Assembly (NCBI GenBank): GCA_000091205.1
Contig: AP006501.2
Strand: one strand, 5' to 3'
DNA: 64,000 nucleotides
Source: Cyanidioschyzon merolae
Lineage: Eukaryota
In this document: piece by piece, positions 32,858 through 43,761 of the stretch
Layout: every line of letters begins with the position of its first letter
Numbering within the stretch: position 1 is the first letter of the stretch
Position numbers and translations under genes: made by a program
Notes under the pieces: model-generated
Databases searched by the model: none
What the model was told of the DNA's origin: nothing
What the model saw: the letters and a program-made list of their open reading frames with translations, nothing else

Positions 32858-35800
32858 ATGACGCACGCTCAACAAACCACTGGTACCGTTCTATCCGAGT
32901 CGGAAACCCGACACCTGACAGAAACGCTTCTTCAGATTCTGGAGCCGCATCTTCAATCCTTCAACAGTGCAATAACGCAGGGCCTGCAGCAGGTGCTCCA
33001 CGATATCGAGCCACTTATCCTTGAAGGAACCGTTCAGCAAGCAGCTGACCACGTGTCCAAGGAACGACTTGAGGTCTGGTTTGAAGACCTCCGCCTTCAA
33101 AAGCCGCGTCTGCCCAGGGCTCGCGCGTTGCAGTCTACAGGCAACCTCAGAGCGCGCGGCTTTGCAGATGAACTCGAACTGGGTCTAGATCCTTCAGCGA
33201 TACTCCCGCACCAGTGTCGCGCCCTGCAGTCGTCGTATACAGGCTCGCTAAGCGTCGTTCTCTGCTGGCGAGCGACGCGCATCTCGCACGGCTGTTACCG
33301 GAAAGACAGCACGCTATGTAATACAGCGCTCTGGACAAACGGCTCCTACGCGGAAGATGTTTATCGCAGCGAACGGCATCTGGGCGAGGTTCCCATACTA
33401 GTGGGATCCAAGTTGTGCCACTTAGACGGACTGAGTCCAAACGAGCGCGTTGCACTTCACGAAGAGGAGTACGATTACGGTGGCTACTTCATCGTGAATG
33501 GTGTCGAAAAGCTGCTGCGAATGGTGATTATGCCGCGAGCCAACCATGTGATGGTCATAGCGCGTGATGCAAACGTCCGACGTGGAGAGCACTTCACTCG
33601 CTTCAGTGCAATGATTCGCTGTCGACGCGCTGACCGAGTTCGAGTTGTTACCAATCATCTCCACTACCTTCAAACTGGTCTTCTTAGGCTTCGATTTTCC
33701 GTCAAACGCCAAGAATACTTGCTACCGTTAGGGCTTGTGCTGAAAGCCCTTTACGATCTGGCTGATCGGGAGCTATTTTTGCTGCTCACAATGCCAAGTG
33801 GATGCTGCGGAACTAACGCAGATGAAAACCTCCGCTATATCCGCGAGCGAGCGCTCATGACGGTTCGTGAGCTGCATGTACTAACTGGTGGTGAGGGTAC
33901 CCAGCACGCAGCGCTGTCTTACTTGGGTGCTCGTTTCCGTTGCCTGTTTCCAGAGTACCTGTCTTCTGACGATTCCGATGAGCGCTGTGGCGCGTTTATT
34001 TTGCGTCGATATGTGCTCATTCACCTCGACGATCCACTTCAAAAACTAGAGCTCCTCGCCTATATGTCGCGGAAGCTTTTGCATTATATGACTGGCTGTC
34101 TCGCAGAGGACGATCCAGATTCGCTAGCGAACCAGGAGCTCCTCTTGCCCGGACAGCTTTGGCTGCTTTTCCTCCAGGAGAAGCTCCAAGACGCCCTGTT
34201 CGCGCTACGGGATGAAATTTCCCGGCAGTTGACTCAGCGAGCCAATCAGGGAAGCTTACTAGACCCAGATTTTGTCCGCAAATGTGTAAGCAAACCTCGC
34301 AGTGGTATCAGAGTAGGCGAAAGGATGTTGCACCTGCTATCCACGGGAACAGCGTCCCTGCGGGATGGTGCAGAGTTGCTACAGACGTCGGGTTACAGCA
34401 TCATAGCGGATCGGATCAACTTCCAACGCTTCCTTTCCCACTTCTACAGCGTCCATCGAGGGCAGTACTTTTTGAATCTGCGCACGTCGGAGTCTCGCAA
34501 ACTCAAGCCGGAGACTTGGGGCTTCATCTGTCCGGTGCACACACCCGATGGAGCACCCTGTGGAATTCTCAATCATCTCACGCGAATGTGCCGCGTCGTC
34601 GCGGATCAACAACAGGTACTGCAGGAGCAGAAGCGAATCGAATGGATCTTGGAGACGCTGCCACTGGAGCATCCTCTCGCTCACAACGATGCACTGCTTA
34701 TGCCACCGGCGAATGCAAGACCAGTACTGGTGGATGGTCGGATTCGAGGCTATGTGCATGGAGATGTACCGCTGGGGAAGCTTTTGCGTCAGCAAAAACT
34801 CGAGCATTTCCCCCAAACAGAAATTGTGGATGTGGAGATCCCGCGTCTCTTCCCGAGCGTCATGGTGTTCTCGACACCGTCACGGCTCATGCGCTCAGTG
34901 TGGAATATGCCGCAAGCTGGCATAGAATGGATAGGCACCATGGAGCAACTTTTCATGCCCGTTGACCTGTGCAAGTCGCAGTCGATGTCTCGTGCTGGAA
35001 ACGCAGCCATTCATCGTGAGCTGAGCGCAACGAACATTTTCAGTCTACTGGCCTCGTTTATTCCCTTCAGCAACATGAATCAATCACCGCGAAATATCTA
35101 CCAGTGCCAGATGGGCAAACAAGCCATGGGCGTTCCCTTTCACGATTGGGATCGGAGGTTCGACACCAAGTCCTACCGATTACTGACGCCCCAGCAACCT
35201 TTGGTGCAGAATCGCTCTGAGGCCCAAGCCGGTTGGTCCAAGGTCTTCGGATCGAGCTTCAATGCAGTAGTCGCTGTGATCTCATACACTGGTTACGATA
35301 TGGAGGACGGTATGGTGATCAACCGAGCGAGTCTGGATAGGGGTCTCGCCCACGGAGCGATCTACGGCTGCGAATTCGTGGATCTGGATCAGCTCAATGT
35401 CGCAAAGGATGCCCGGTTCAGCCGACTGCCAGCTGTAGGCGAGCGCATGACACCCGGCTCGGTGCTCTATAGTATTCAGGGCCGGAGACCTCATCTTTAT
35501 CGGAATAGTGAGACGAGTTATGTCGACGCTGTGCTCCTCGCCGAGAATCAACGGCGCGTTGCTATCCGGACCCGGACGCCTCGGCGACCCGTCATCGGGG
35601 ACAAGTTTGCCTCTCGACATGGCCAGAAAGGGGTGCTGTCTGCAATCTGGCCCGCTGAGGATATGCCGTACACGAGCGACGGGATCGTTCCGGATATTCT
35701 CTTCAATCCGAATGGCTTTCCGTCGCGGATGACCATCGGTATGATTGTGGAGTCTATCGCAGGGAAAGCTGCAGCCGTTCACGGCGCTGTGCCAATTGAC

Positions 35801-36385
35801 GCGAGTGCTTTTGAACGAGAAACGGAGGACGCAAGTGATCGCAGTAACGAGCCACCGCACGACTTCTTTGGAAGATTGTTGCTTAATACCGGATACACGT
35901 ACCACGGAACAGAAACGATGTACAACGGTTACACGGGCGAGCCGTTTGTTGTCCAAATATTCATCGGCGTGATTGCCTGGCAGCGACTTCGTCACCATAT
36001 TGCAGACAAGTTTCAGGTGCGAACTGAGGGTATTGTTCACCAGACACTCCGACAACCGCTGCGAGGCCGAAAGCGAGGTGGCGCTATTCGGCTCGGTGAG
36101 ATGGAGCGTGATGCGTTGCTTGCCAGTGGGGCTGCCTACACCCTCCAGGATCGGTTACAGAGCTGTTCAGACTTGCACACTGTATACGTTAGCGCTCTCG
36201 ACGGATCGCTACTCGCACCCATCGCAGCTCCGAACGAACGTCTGGGGGCTACCTCGCGGATCTCGGTCAAGTCCCGGACGAACACCCGCTCCCCAGTCGT
36301 TCGCGTGCACATGCCGTACGCTTTCAAGTATCTTGTTTACGAACTAGCAGCGATGAATATTAGGGTATCGCTTCCCGTTAAGTGA
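32858..36385 (+). CDS. DNA-directed RNA polymerase second-largest subunit, most consistent with Pol I (RPA2/A135)
   Basis: 1175-aa ORF with canonical beta-like subunit motifs: GKQAMG, GYDMEDGMVINRASLDRG, GDKFASRHGQKGVLS, PSRMTIGMIVESIAGKAAAVHG and GEMERDALLASGAAYTLQDRL. The polymerase class is judged from memory of Pol I motifs (HTPDGAPCGILNHL; FPSRMTIGM..ES.AGK) and from size, not from a search. Confidence 0.85.
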   Translation: MTHAQQTTGTVLSESETRHLTETLLQILEPHLQSFNSAITQGLQQVLHDIEPLILEGTVQQAADHVSKERLEVWFEDLRLQKPRLPRARALQSTGNLRARGFADELELGLDPSAILPHQCRALQSSYTGSLSVVLCWRATRISHGCYRKDSTLCNTALWTNGSYAEDVYRSERHLGEVPILVGSKLCHLDGLSPNERVALHEEEYDYGGYFIVNGVEKLLRMVIMPRANHVMVIARDANVRRGEHFTRFSAMIRCRRADRVRVVTNHLHYLQTGLLRLRFSVKRQEYLLPLGLVLKALYDLADRELFLLLTMPSGCCGTNADENLRYIRERALMTVRELHVLTGGEGTQHAALSYLGARFRCLFPEYLSSDDSDERCGAFILRRYVLIHLDDPLQKLELLAYMSRKLLHYMTGCLAEDDPDSLANQELLLPGQLWLLFLQEKLQDALFALRDEISRQLTQRANQGSLLDPDFVRKCVSKPRSGIRVGERMLHLLSTGTASLRDGAELLQTSGYSIIADRINFQRFLSHFYSVHRGQYFLNLRTSESRKLKPETWGFICPVHTPDGAPCGILNHLTRMCRVVADQQQVLQEQKRIEWILETLPLEHPLAHNDALLMPPANARPVLVDGRIRGYVHGDVPLGKLLRQQKLEHFPQTEIVDVEIPRLFPSVMVFSTPSRLMRSVWNMPQAGIEWIGTMEQLFMPVDLCKSQSMSRAGNAAIHRELSATNIFSLLASFIPFSNMNQSPRNIYQCQMGKQAMGVPFHDWDRRFDTKSYRLLTPQQPLVQNRSEAQAGWSKVFGSSFNAVVAVISYTGYDMEDGMVINRASLDRGLAHGAIYGCEFVDLDQLNVAKDARFSRLPAVGERMTPGSVLYSIQGRRPHLYRNSETSYVDAVLLAENQRRVAIRTRTPRRPVIGDKFASRHGQKGVLSAIWPAEDMPYTSDGIVPDILFNPNGFPSRMTIGMIVESIAGKAAAVHGAVPIDASAFERETEDASDRSNEPPHDFFGRLLLNTGYTYHGTETMYNGYTGEPFVVQIFIGVIAWQRLRHHIADKFQVRTEGIVHQTLRQPLRGRKRGGAIRLGEMERDALLASGAAYTLQDRLQSCSDLHTVYVSALDGSLLAPIAAPNERLGATSRISVKSRTNTRSPVVRVHMPYAFKYLVYELAAMNIRVSLPVK

Positions 36386-36752
36386 GTGTGCTCGTGGAAA
36401 CGATTACGTCCATGCAGAACAGACTAAAGAGGTGTCGTTTCCGAGTAAATTTGATGGCCTGTATTGACTGGAGGGGTTACGGATGAAGCGGCAATAAGGG
36501 TAGCGAACTGCTCACAGCAGGTAGGTTCAGCTCGAGTCTCACAGGAAGCCCACGGAAAGTTTTGTTGGCCTGGAGGAAACGCTTTCGCCGAATTTCGTAC
36601 CGAACGAGAACGGCAGCTCGCACTTTGGTTTTTATATACACGGCAGATAGGCTGTTTTCAGCGTTGTGTGGCTTTCAAAAGTGCTGGAGAGCTACCAGTG
36701 CACGCGACAGCTTCCAGACACTGTTAGAGTATACTGCAGAAGGGTGCTTGCT

Positions 36753-38636
36753 CTAAAGCAGCGCGATAAGTTCGCATGCTCTTGCTCGATACGCTTCTGG
36801 CGGGCGCTTCCTTTGCATTTTTTGGGCCACGAGTTCAAATGCGGCAGATTCGCTCATGGAGCCTAGATACTGTCGAGCGAGAAGAAGAAGCTCGCGATCC
36901 TCCTGCGGCGAAAATGGTTCCCACATCAGCTCCTGACAGCGCTCGGTCTGAGCGTGTCGGGCTTCTGTACCGTCCGTCCGTGGGCGTTCCGTTACGTGAC
37001 GGCTGTCGTGAACAACAACTGGAGCTGGCGTTCGCTGCAACCCCTCGCCCGACGCCTGACGTAAAGATGCCTCTTGACGTCGGCGCCTTCGACGAAGTTC
37101 CTTGCGAGCCCTGATGGAAACGCGTCTCCAAACGCGCTCGAGTAGAACCTTATCACGACCCGGAAGGAGGAAGGCTTGGATTGCATCCCAACACTCACCA
37201 TAGGTCATCACGCCGTGACGCAGCAATTCTATTTCCTGTACCGACAGCGGCTGCTGTGCCTTCAACTTCAAGGTTTTGATAGGATTTGCGGGGGCATCCC
37301 GGCGAGTCAATAGTCGATAGCGACCGACGCATTCTTCGAGGTTCCTGTGCGGTAGATAATCGTCGATGTGCTCCTGCCACATAACGCCGTGCCTGCTCAA
37401 ACACCGCTCCAAGAGCGTATCCTCGGCCTCAGTCCAGAATAGTTCTGCATCGGCGCTGCTAGCCAGAGCTCGTAAAATATTCGGATCCGACTCGATATCG
37501 ACGCCGTATGCTAAACGGTATTCTGGTAAAATCATGCTTGGATGGCTCTCGAGGACGGCATAGGCACGTTTTGCCTCTACTGCTGTTACGAGGCCATCCG
37601 GATTCGATAATGCCGGTTTGACAAGCAGCTGCTCGATTTGTTCCAGCAAATCAAGGGGCATCGCGTCGAAAAACGTTCGCTCGATACCACCCAGCGCTCT
37701 GCGGTACTCGCGGGCGACGTCCCGCTTTCGCCGCAAGTCATCAAGCATCATCCAAGCTGCTTCCCGAGCACGTTGGCGATGAACAACATGTTCAGGCGAT
37801 AGGTCAATATTCGCGCGACGTTGCGAAGAAATCAACAGAATGTGAAGAAGAAGCTGCACGTGAATGTGGAGTTGCTTCGAGAGCTCTCTTTCTTGCTCCG
37901 GTTTGAAGAGCTTGAACTTGAGCATCTGGAAAAGCCGTTCGCGTTCACATGAAGCGTTTCCGACCGACGGCGATTCCCGGTGCACTCGTGGCCGTCTTGG
38001 CGTTGCTTCAGTAAAAGCGCGGTGCGGCGTTGTCGTCGACCGAAAACTTTCTGCGCTCTCTTTCATTTCATTTCCTGGAAGCGTTCGCTGGCAGTCCTCT
38101 GCAACCAATTGGTAGAGTTCTTCAGAGCTGATGCGTGCGCCTGTGTCTGCGCGGTATTCTTCGTTGGGTTCAGAGTTCTCAAAGTCGACCTGTCTGAGTT
38201 CGAAGTCCCCATCATCCTCGAAAAGCAGCTCATCTAGTGCAGCCGTAGCAGAAGGAGCCAGCAGTGACGCACAAAACTTTTGGAAAAGTGCCTCGTCGTT
38301 ATCAGCGGTCTCCGCGGAGACAGCACCAGCGCTGCGTTCGCTTTGGACACCTCCCGCCAGAGAAAATGACGTTCCAGAGCGCTCCATAGATGTCATTCGC
38401 CTAGTTCCCTGCGAGGCATCGAACCTTTGATACCGTTCCTGCTTCTGATCTCGCCGCGCTCGCTCAATCGAGTCTGGAACACCTCCCAAAGAGCGTGGTG
38501 CATTTTGCGCTGCGGAAGGCAGTTTTTCGTCCCGCTCCGAACAAGTTGCGCTCGTCGATTCTACTTCATCGCTACTATCTGTCAGCACGTCGTGTTCAAA
38601 AACGACGCCAACTTGATAAATCCTATCCCTGGACAT
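36753..38636 (-). CDS. Myb/SANT-domain nuclear protein (two Myb-like repeats)
   Basis: 627 aa. Repeats WTEAEDTLLERCLSRHGVMWQEHIDDYLPHRNLEECVGRYRLL and PLSVQEIELLRHGVMTYGECWDAIQAFLLPGRDKVLLERVWRR. An acidic N-terminal region is present. The specific orthologue is not identified. Confidence 0.6.
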   Translation of the reverse strand: MSRDRIYQVGVVFEHDVLTDSSDEVESTSATCSERDEKLPSAAQNAPRSLGGVPDSIERARRDQKQERYQRFDASQGTRRMTSMERSGTSFSLAGGVQSERSAGAVSAETADNDEALFQKFCASLLAPSATAALDELLFEDDGDFELRQVDFENSEPNEEYRADTGARISSEELYQLVAEDCQRTLPGNEMKESAESFRSTTTPHRAFTEATPRRPRVHRESPSVGNASCERERLFQMLKFKLFKPEQERELSKQLHIHVQLLLHILLISSQRRANIDLSPEHVVHRQRAREAAWMMLDDLRRKRDVAREYRRALGGIERTFFDAMPLDLLEQIEQLLVKPALSNPDGLVTAVEAKRAYAVLESHPSMILPEYRLAYGVDIESDPNILRALASSADAELFWTEAEDTLLERCLSRHGVMWQEHIDDYLPHRNLEECVGRYRLLTRRDAPANPIKTLKLKAQQPLSVQEIELLRHGVMTYGECWDAIQAFLLPGRDKVLLERVWRRVSIRARKELRRRRRRQEASLRQASGEGLQRTPAPVVVHDSRHVTERPRTDGTEARHAQTERCQELMWEPFSPQEDRELLLLARQYLGSMSESAAFELVAQKMQRKRPPEAYRARACELIALL

Positions 38637-40012
38637 TTAGCACGAAAGATTCCAGCCTTGTCCACTGGAGCGCGGGCCAGCTTAGAGAACTCGCCTCGTG
38701 CCTCAGCTAAGCAAGTTCCGCAAAGTTTCGTGCCTATTCTCCGCGAGCACTCCTCGAACAAACCAGTTCCGCCCCAGAAAACTTTCGAACAGAAGTCAGC
38801 AGAGCAATTGGGCTTCAGAAACAGCGCGAACGCCCTAGTCCTCACTCACGAGGTATCCCAGCTCAGCACGGACACAGGTAAACGTCCGTATCCGGTACAG
38901 GAATGCGCGGTAGCGATCCACCGGTGCGCATCGCGCCAACGCGCACTGCGTCCGCGTTCCCGCTGTGCGTGCAGTGCAGGCACTGCAGGAGCTATTCGCC
39001 CGGTTCATCAGGGCGAATGCGCTGGGTGGCCGCCCGCTGCGGGTGCCCGTGTCAAAGATCATTTGTATAGTTTTATACCGTTTCATAAGCACTGTAGAGC
39101 GAGCCTCTGCCTTCACTCTTCGATGGTGCCCGAAAGCGAAAACGACAACATCCGGCTCATGTAGACGGTACACGCGAATGTTTCACTTGCAATCGACTTC
39201 AGCTTGCGCTCTCTGATACTGTTCGGCAAGGAATGAATCTGTTCGGTGTACGACCGAGTGTCGGGAAACCACCCGGGGCCCTCTCGCGCTGGTGATGCTC
39301 CTCTGCAAGGACTTCACTAAAGCAAGGATCCGCTCAGACATGTCCATGAATGGATTCATTTGTCCGGTTCAAAGTGGAAACGGATTCGGTTGATAGGGTC
39401 TCGTAATTCAGGCGCATTACGCATAGAGTCACAGGTTGGGCTTAGATTTCCGACACGGATCTATCTATACTCGCCGAGAGATGCAAATGATGCCAAATCA
39501 GAGAGCATTCTTCTAAAATACACGTATAACAGCTTCGGCAAGCAGCCAGCAAGACGAGACTAGAGATGTTGCCAATCAGAGATGTTTAACTGTATTCTCG
39601 TTCTTATGCGCAACCGTCGAAAAGTGTCATATTCAGGGCCGATTTCAACTCCACAGACTCCAGTGGGCAGCACAGTGTGGACTAGGTGGCTTGCGGAAAG
39701 GCCAGCGAGCGCGTCCCAAACCGATATCGTTACGTGCTTGGGAGCGCCTCGCAGAAGCCTTACTCCCGCAAACGAACTCGGCCAGGCCCAAGCTCTGGAG
39801 CAATTGATCAACACTAGCGTGCATACCCAACCCCATATGCATTAAAAGGCTTGCTGTGTAAGCGTGGATCTCCGACTAGACCCTGTTTACACGAAACACC
39901 GCGCAGCCCGTCGCTCGCCTCCCTCGTCGGCGACGCAGCAGCCGCTGCCCTGGAACGGCGTCTCGGACGGATTGCCTTCCCACCCCCAATACGGCGCCTT
40001 ACAAGACACGAT

Positions 40013-40216
40013 CTAACCCAGAAGGATATTATTGATGGGAATATGGATTAAACGAATGAAGTACCCAATCAAACCCAGAAGCAGAATACCTAGCAAAACC
40101 GCCTGAGCGACACGTGCATACTCCTTCTGATCTGGTTTCGTACATCGTTTCCAAAGACGCACAGACTTTTCTGCAAAATCAACAATTGGTTTCGATAGTA
40201 GAGAAAGCGCCTCCAT
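40013..40216 (-). CDS. SEC61G: Protein transport protein Sec61 subunit gamma (Sss1/SecE family)
   Basis: 67 aa. [54 protein letters not shown] is nearly collinear with metazoan and yeast Sec61-gamma (…VKDSIRLVKRCTKPDRKEF.KIA…GF.[20 protein letters not shown]). Confidence 0.9.
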   Translation of the reverse strand: [67 protein letters not shown]

Positions 40217-40688
40217 CCGTGTAACTGCCGCAGGGTCAACACCAAGAAGCGTTATGAATGTTCATCGTGCACTCGTGTTCGGCAGGTATGATGGCGACGA
40301 TGTGCGGCCCGCGAAACCGCTCCAGGGCATCGCTCCTCAACTTCATAAACGTTTTCTTTGAGCGACGCAGCTTCTTGACTGGCCTTGGATACCCGATTGC
40401 ACAAGCAATATCGACACCTGGGAGAACTGCAGAGGTGTTGTCGCAAGTATACTCAACATACCATTGGTGCTGAGTTGAAACGAACCCCAGGAATAGCGTC
40501 GGCAACCCTCTCGTGCCGTTCAAGACTCACGTGTACGCTTGCCAACTTGGTGTCTGCTGGTTTTTCTAGCACGCATTGCAAGCGCACTGCTGGAGTCACT
40601 GCAGTAATTTTGAGGCTATAATGCCCAATACACTGGAAGTTTTGCACGCGGCTTCGAAAGTAGAACGTTCTCACAAAGATAGATCGCG

Positions 40689-42053
40689 GTGATGCCTCGC
40701 CCAGAGCGGGAACTTGCCCGAAAGAGGCGTTTTCTTCCCTGGGTAGGGTTTGTTGTGCTGCTGTTGCTGGCACAAGTATGGTTGCAGGCTCGCCAGCCTC
40801 TTCCATACATGGACGAACTCTACCACATACCCGCAGCGAACGCGGTGTGTTGCAGAGTCGTTAGCGTAGCTTGCGAGCAAAATAAGCTATCTGTCGAATG
40901 GGGACGTATCACGACACCACCGGGCGCCTACTACTTTGGCTGTCCTCTATGCTTGCTGTGGCGGGTTTGGCGGTATGCAACATGTCCACCATGGCTCTGG
41001 CGCCTCGCAGTCGGCACGATACCTCTCGCTCTTGCCACAAGGGAATTGATGCTCTTCCCTGGGATGAGTGCCGAGGAAGCAATCACCCTGGCAACGTTTC
41101 TGCCTCTCTTTTTTTCGAGTCTGCTGTGCTACACCGATACTTTGGCTTTCATGCTCTATGTGCGAGCTTGGCGTCAGCAACGCGGGCAACACCCGACTTC
41201 GCCGCTTCAAAGCGCCGTGTTTGGGATGCTCGCTTCATTAACGCGCCAGTCCTACATCGTCTGGCATACTTTTCTGGGGCTCACCGCCCTAGGAGCTGCC
41301 GCAAGCACCACCGCGCAACTGGAGATCATCTTCGCCCACGGAACTGCGGGTCTCGCATATGTGGCCTTTTTCGTATGGCACGTTCTCATCAAAGGAGGGA
41401 GCATCTATCTGGGGGATGCTGAGCGACACGGACTTTCTACACACTGGTCAAACTGTCTCTACTTTGTCACGACCTGGTTTATACTGGCTGGTGGCTGGCG
41501 CGCCTTGTTTCTCCAATCCGCAGGCAACTCATCAGTAGGGAAATACTTGGCTGTAAGAGCGGAAGCCATTCGACAATCCTGGAGAAGATTCATTTGTCTC
41601 ACAACCGTAGCTGCTATAGCTGTACGTCGAGGCACGTGTATTCACCCATTCGTCCTCGCAGATAATCGACACTACGTATTCTATTTCTTTCGGTATTTTA
41701 TCATCCCGGGTAATCTAAGGAGATACACACTGGTCCCGCTGTATGCCGTCAGCATGGCATGCTGGCTGAGTCACTTGCGATCTACAGGCCGCATGGAGCG
41801 TCTCTTGCTATTTTCGGCGACTGCATTGACGCTAGTGCCCAGCAGACTGGTCGAACCAAGATATTTTATTCCACCGGTTGTCGCAACCGAGCTTCTAGCA
41901 GCGCAGCGGCAGCGTAGAACGTTGAGCACTATCCGTATGATTTTGAACCTGCTATTGGCATTCGTCTGTTTATGGTTCTTTCTCGAGAGACCCTTCGAAA
42001 GAACGCCTGATCTGCATATTTCTGATCCAAGTCCAGGTCGTTTTATGCCATAA
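40689..42053 (+). CDS. ALG10: Dol-P-Glc:Glc2Man9GlcNAc2-PP-Dol alpha-1,2-glucosyltransferase (ALG10/DIE2)
   Basis: 454-aa multi-TM protein. N-terminal LPYMDELYHIPAANAV…ITTPPGAYY matches the ALG10 motif DEIFHIPQAQ..C…ITTPPGLY. C-terminal IHPFVLADNRHYVFYFFR matches HPFLLADNRHY. The exact start (ATG at 40689 versus 40692) is uncertain. Confidence 0.8.
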   Translation: MMPRPERELARKRRFLPWVGFVVLLLLAQVWLQARQPLPYMDELYHIPAANAVCCRVVSVACEQNKLSVEWGRITTPPGAYYFGCPLCLLWRVWRYATCPPWLWRLAVGTIPLALATRELMLFPGMSAEEAITLATFLPLFFSSLLCYTDTLAFMLYVRAWRQQRGQHPTSPLQSAVFGMLASLTRQSYIVWHTFLGLTALGAAASTTAQLEIIFAHGTAGLAYVAFFVWHVLIKGGSIYLGDAERHGLSTHWSNCLYFVTTWFILAGGWRALFLQSAGNSSVGKYLAVRAEAIRQSWRRFICLTTVAAIAVRRGTCIHPFVLADNRHYVFYFFRYFIIPGNLRRYTLVPLYAVSMACWLSHLRSTGRMERLLLFSATALTLVPSRLVEPRYFIPPVVATELLAAQRQRRTLSTIRMILNLLLAFVCLWFFLERPFERTPDLHISDPSPGRFMP

Positions 42054-42705
42054 AGCCGTCTATGGACGCCAGAATCTCGGAGGTGTTTCAGGGATCCATT
42101 CTGGAAGAAGAGCCTGAAGCACTGGATACCGCTATGCACTTCAACGCCGAGCGCCTTTGGGCATCGAATCCGTGTATTATGACTTGCAGTTTGGTGGGCG
42201 GCTTGGTATATCGCGAACATTTCTCCCGTTTATATCGTAAGCCTGTGACGTATCATAACCTCCGTCGCCATCTCCAGGAGCATTCTGGCTCGCTTTACCG
42301 CTGGAACATGTGGATTGCTGCCCCAGACACGCTTAATATGCTCTTCCAGATTCAAATTCGGGTTTCTTATGGGTTTGGGACCAATTATTCACGCTGCCCC
42401 CGATGTCCGCACGGCGCCTATACTCAAGTTCTGAGACTACGAAGCTGTTTGTACAGTAATCAGGACAGACAAAGAAGAAATGGCATTTTTCACGTACCTG
42501 CGTCGCATGTAGTTGGTAATGAGCATTTTGCTCTATCGGAGCTGACCCGAATATGCCTTGTAGTAGATATTCGTTGGACAAGCCGCTTACTCTCCTGGAA
42601 GTAAAAAACGTTCCCGTGATACTCCTTGCAGCCCCCTGGAGTGGCGTTGTAGAGTCCTCGTGAGATGTCCTATCTTGACTCAGTGTGATGGTCAACTTCT
42701 GCCAG

Positions 42706-43761
42706 CTATAGCCTCGAAGTTCTTTCGAACGCGTTGCAGAGGACTTCACAAAAGTTACGCCAGGCAGAGCCCCTATCATACGGGAAGTGCACTGGAGGCG
42801 GATTGCTGTCCTGAAGATCCAACCCGGTTCCCGGAGGCGCTCCACGATGATTCCATGGCCAACTTTGATGTGTAGACGAAACCAGATCTGCAGCCTTTGC
42901 GTGCTCATGCTTATCACCCAAATTTTCATCTCGTTCCTGGAACATAGACCTGTGGGAATCATCCACAAATTCTAAAGTTGGAAATGTTTCGAAGATCAAA
43001 TCCTGCGGCTCAGGAGCTTCTAACCCTTCTCTAGTAGTCTGAAGCTCCTTCCAGGCGAAGAGCACTGCTTTCCACTTGTAGTACTCCTTAAATGTCATGT
43101 TTTTGCTCGCTAGATAGAGATGGAAACCAAATAAGTACACAACTACACAGAGCAAAAACGAGAAGCTAAGCACACAAAAAAATTCATCGAAATACATGCA
43201 TTCTAGTCTTTGGGTATCCACTCTGCGGCTTCCTGTCCAAAACGCCTCAAAAGGCGGCCCACAGCGCTGTATTTGATCCAAGAGAGCGGAGGCGCTGATG
43301 AGAAACCCATGGATAACGGCACAGACATGCAGGAACAAAAACAAAATAAAATGGGGGCGGTTTCTCCGCCCAATATCGTTATTCACCCATAAACAATAGT
43401 GATCATGGCACTCGATGCAGCGATCCGTCACACTTGAGTGTGAAACGCGGGGCAGTCGCCCCAGTCCGCAGAACTCGCACTTGACACCTGCTACGTACAA
43501 AACGCCGTCATATCTGGGTTCCCTCTCTGCAGCCGACTTGACAGCTGCTGCGGTAACAGTACCGGGGTCACGCAAAGATACGCTCAATAAGGCCCCAAAC
43601 AGCACGACTTGCCAGCAAAAAATATGCCAGTGCGCTGCGTAAGGGAAAGTTTTCTGCGGCAAGTCCCTGTCCAATGCGAGGAAGAGTACGCAGAAAGTAA
43701 GACCTGAGACTAAGGGATAGGCGAAGGGTCCGTACCTTTGCAAACGGGATTTCGGAAGCAT
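42706..43761 (-). CDS. zDHHC-family protein S-acyltransferase (palmitoyltransferase), DHYC variant
   Basis: 351 aa with four predicted TM helices. Cys-rich domain: KCEFCGLGRLPRVSHSSVTDRCIECHDHYCLWVNNDIG. Confidence 0.8.
   Translation of the reverse strand: MLPKSRLQRYGPFAYPLVSGLTFCVLFLALDRDLPQKTFPYAAHWHIFCWQVVLFGALLSVSLRDPGTVTAAAVKSAAEREPRYDGVLYVAGVKCEFCGLGRLPRVSHSSVTDRCIECHDHYCLWVNNDIGRRNRPHFILFLFLHVCAVIHGFLISASALLDQIQRCGPPFEAFWTGSRRVDTQRLECMYFDEFFCVLSFSFLLCVVVYLFGFHLYLASKNMTFKEYYKWKAVLFAWKELQTTREGLEAPEPQDLIFETFPTLEFVDDSHRSMFQERDENLGDKHEHAKAADLVSSTHQSWPWNHRGAPPGTGLDLQDSNPPPVHFPYDRGSAWRNFCEVLCNAFERTSRL

Noticed and set aside
36464-36866. Several 60-90-aa ORFs between RPA2 and the Myb gene
   Set aside because: They are short and overlapping, and they lie in the 370-bp convergent 3' intergenic region. 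No motifs.
38427-39164. 245-aa plus-strand ORF
   Set aside because: It overlaps the 5' end (N-terminal coding region) of the Myb gene on the opposite strand and continues into the intergenic region. No recognisable motifs, and the composition is typical of antisense GC-rich sequence.
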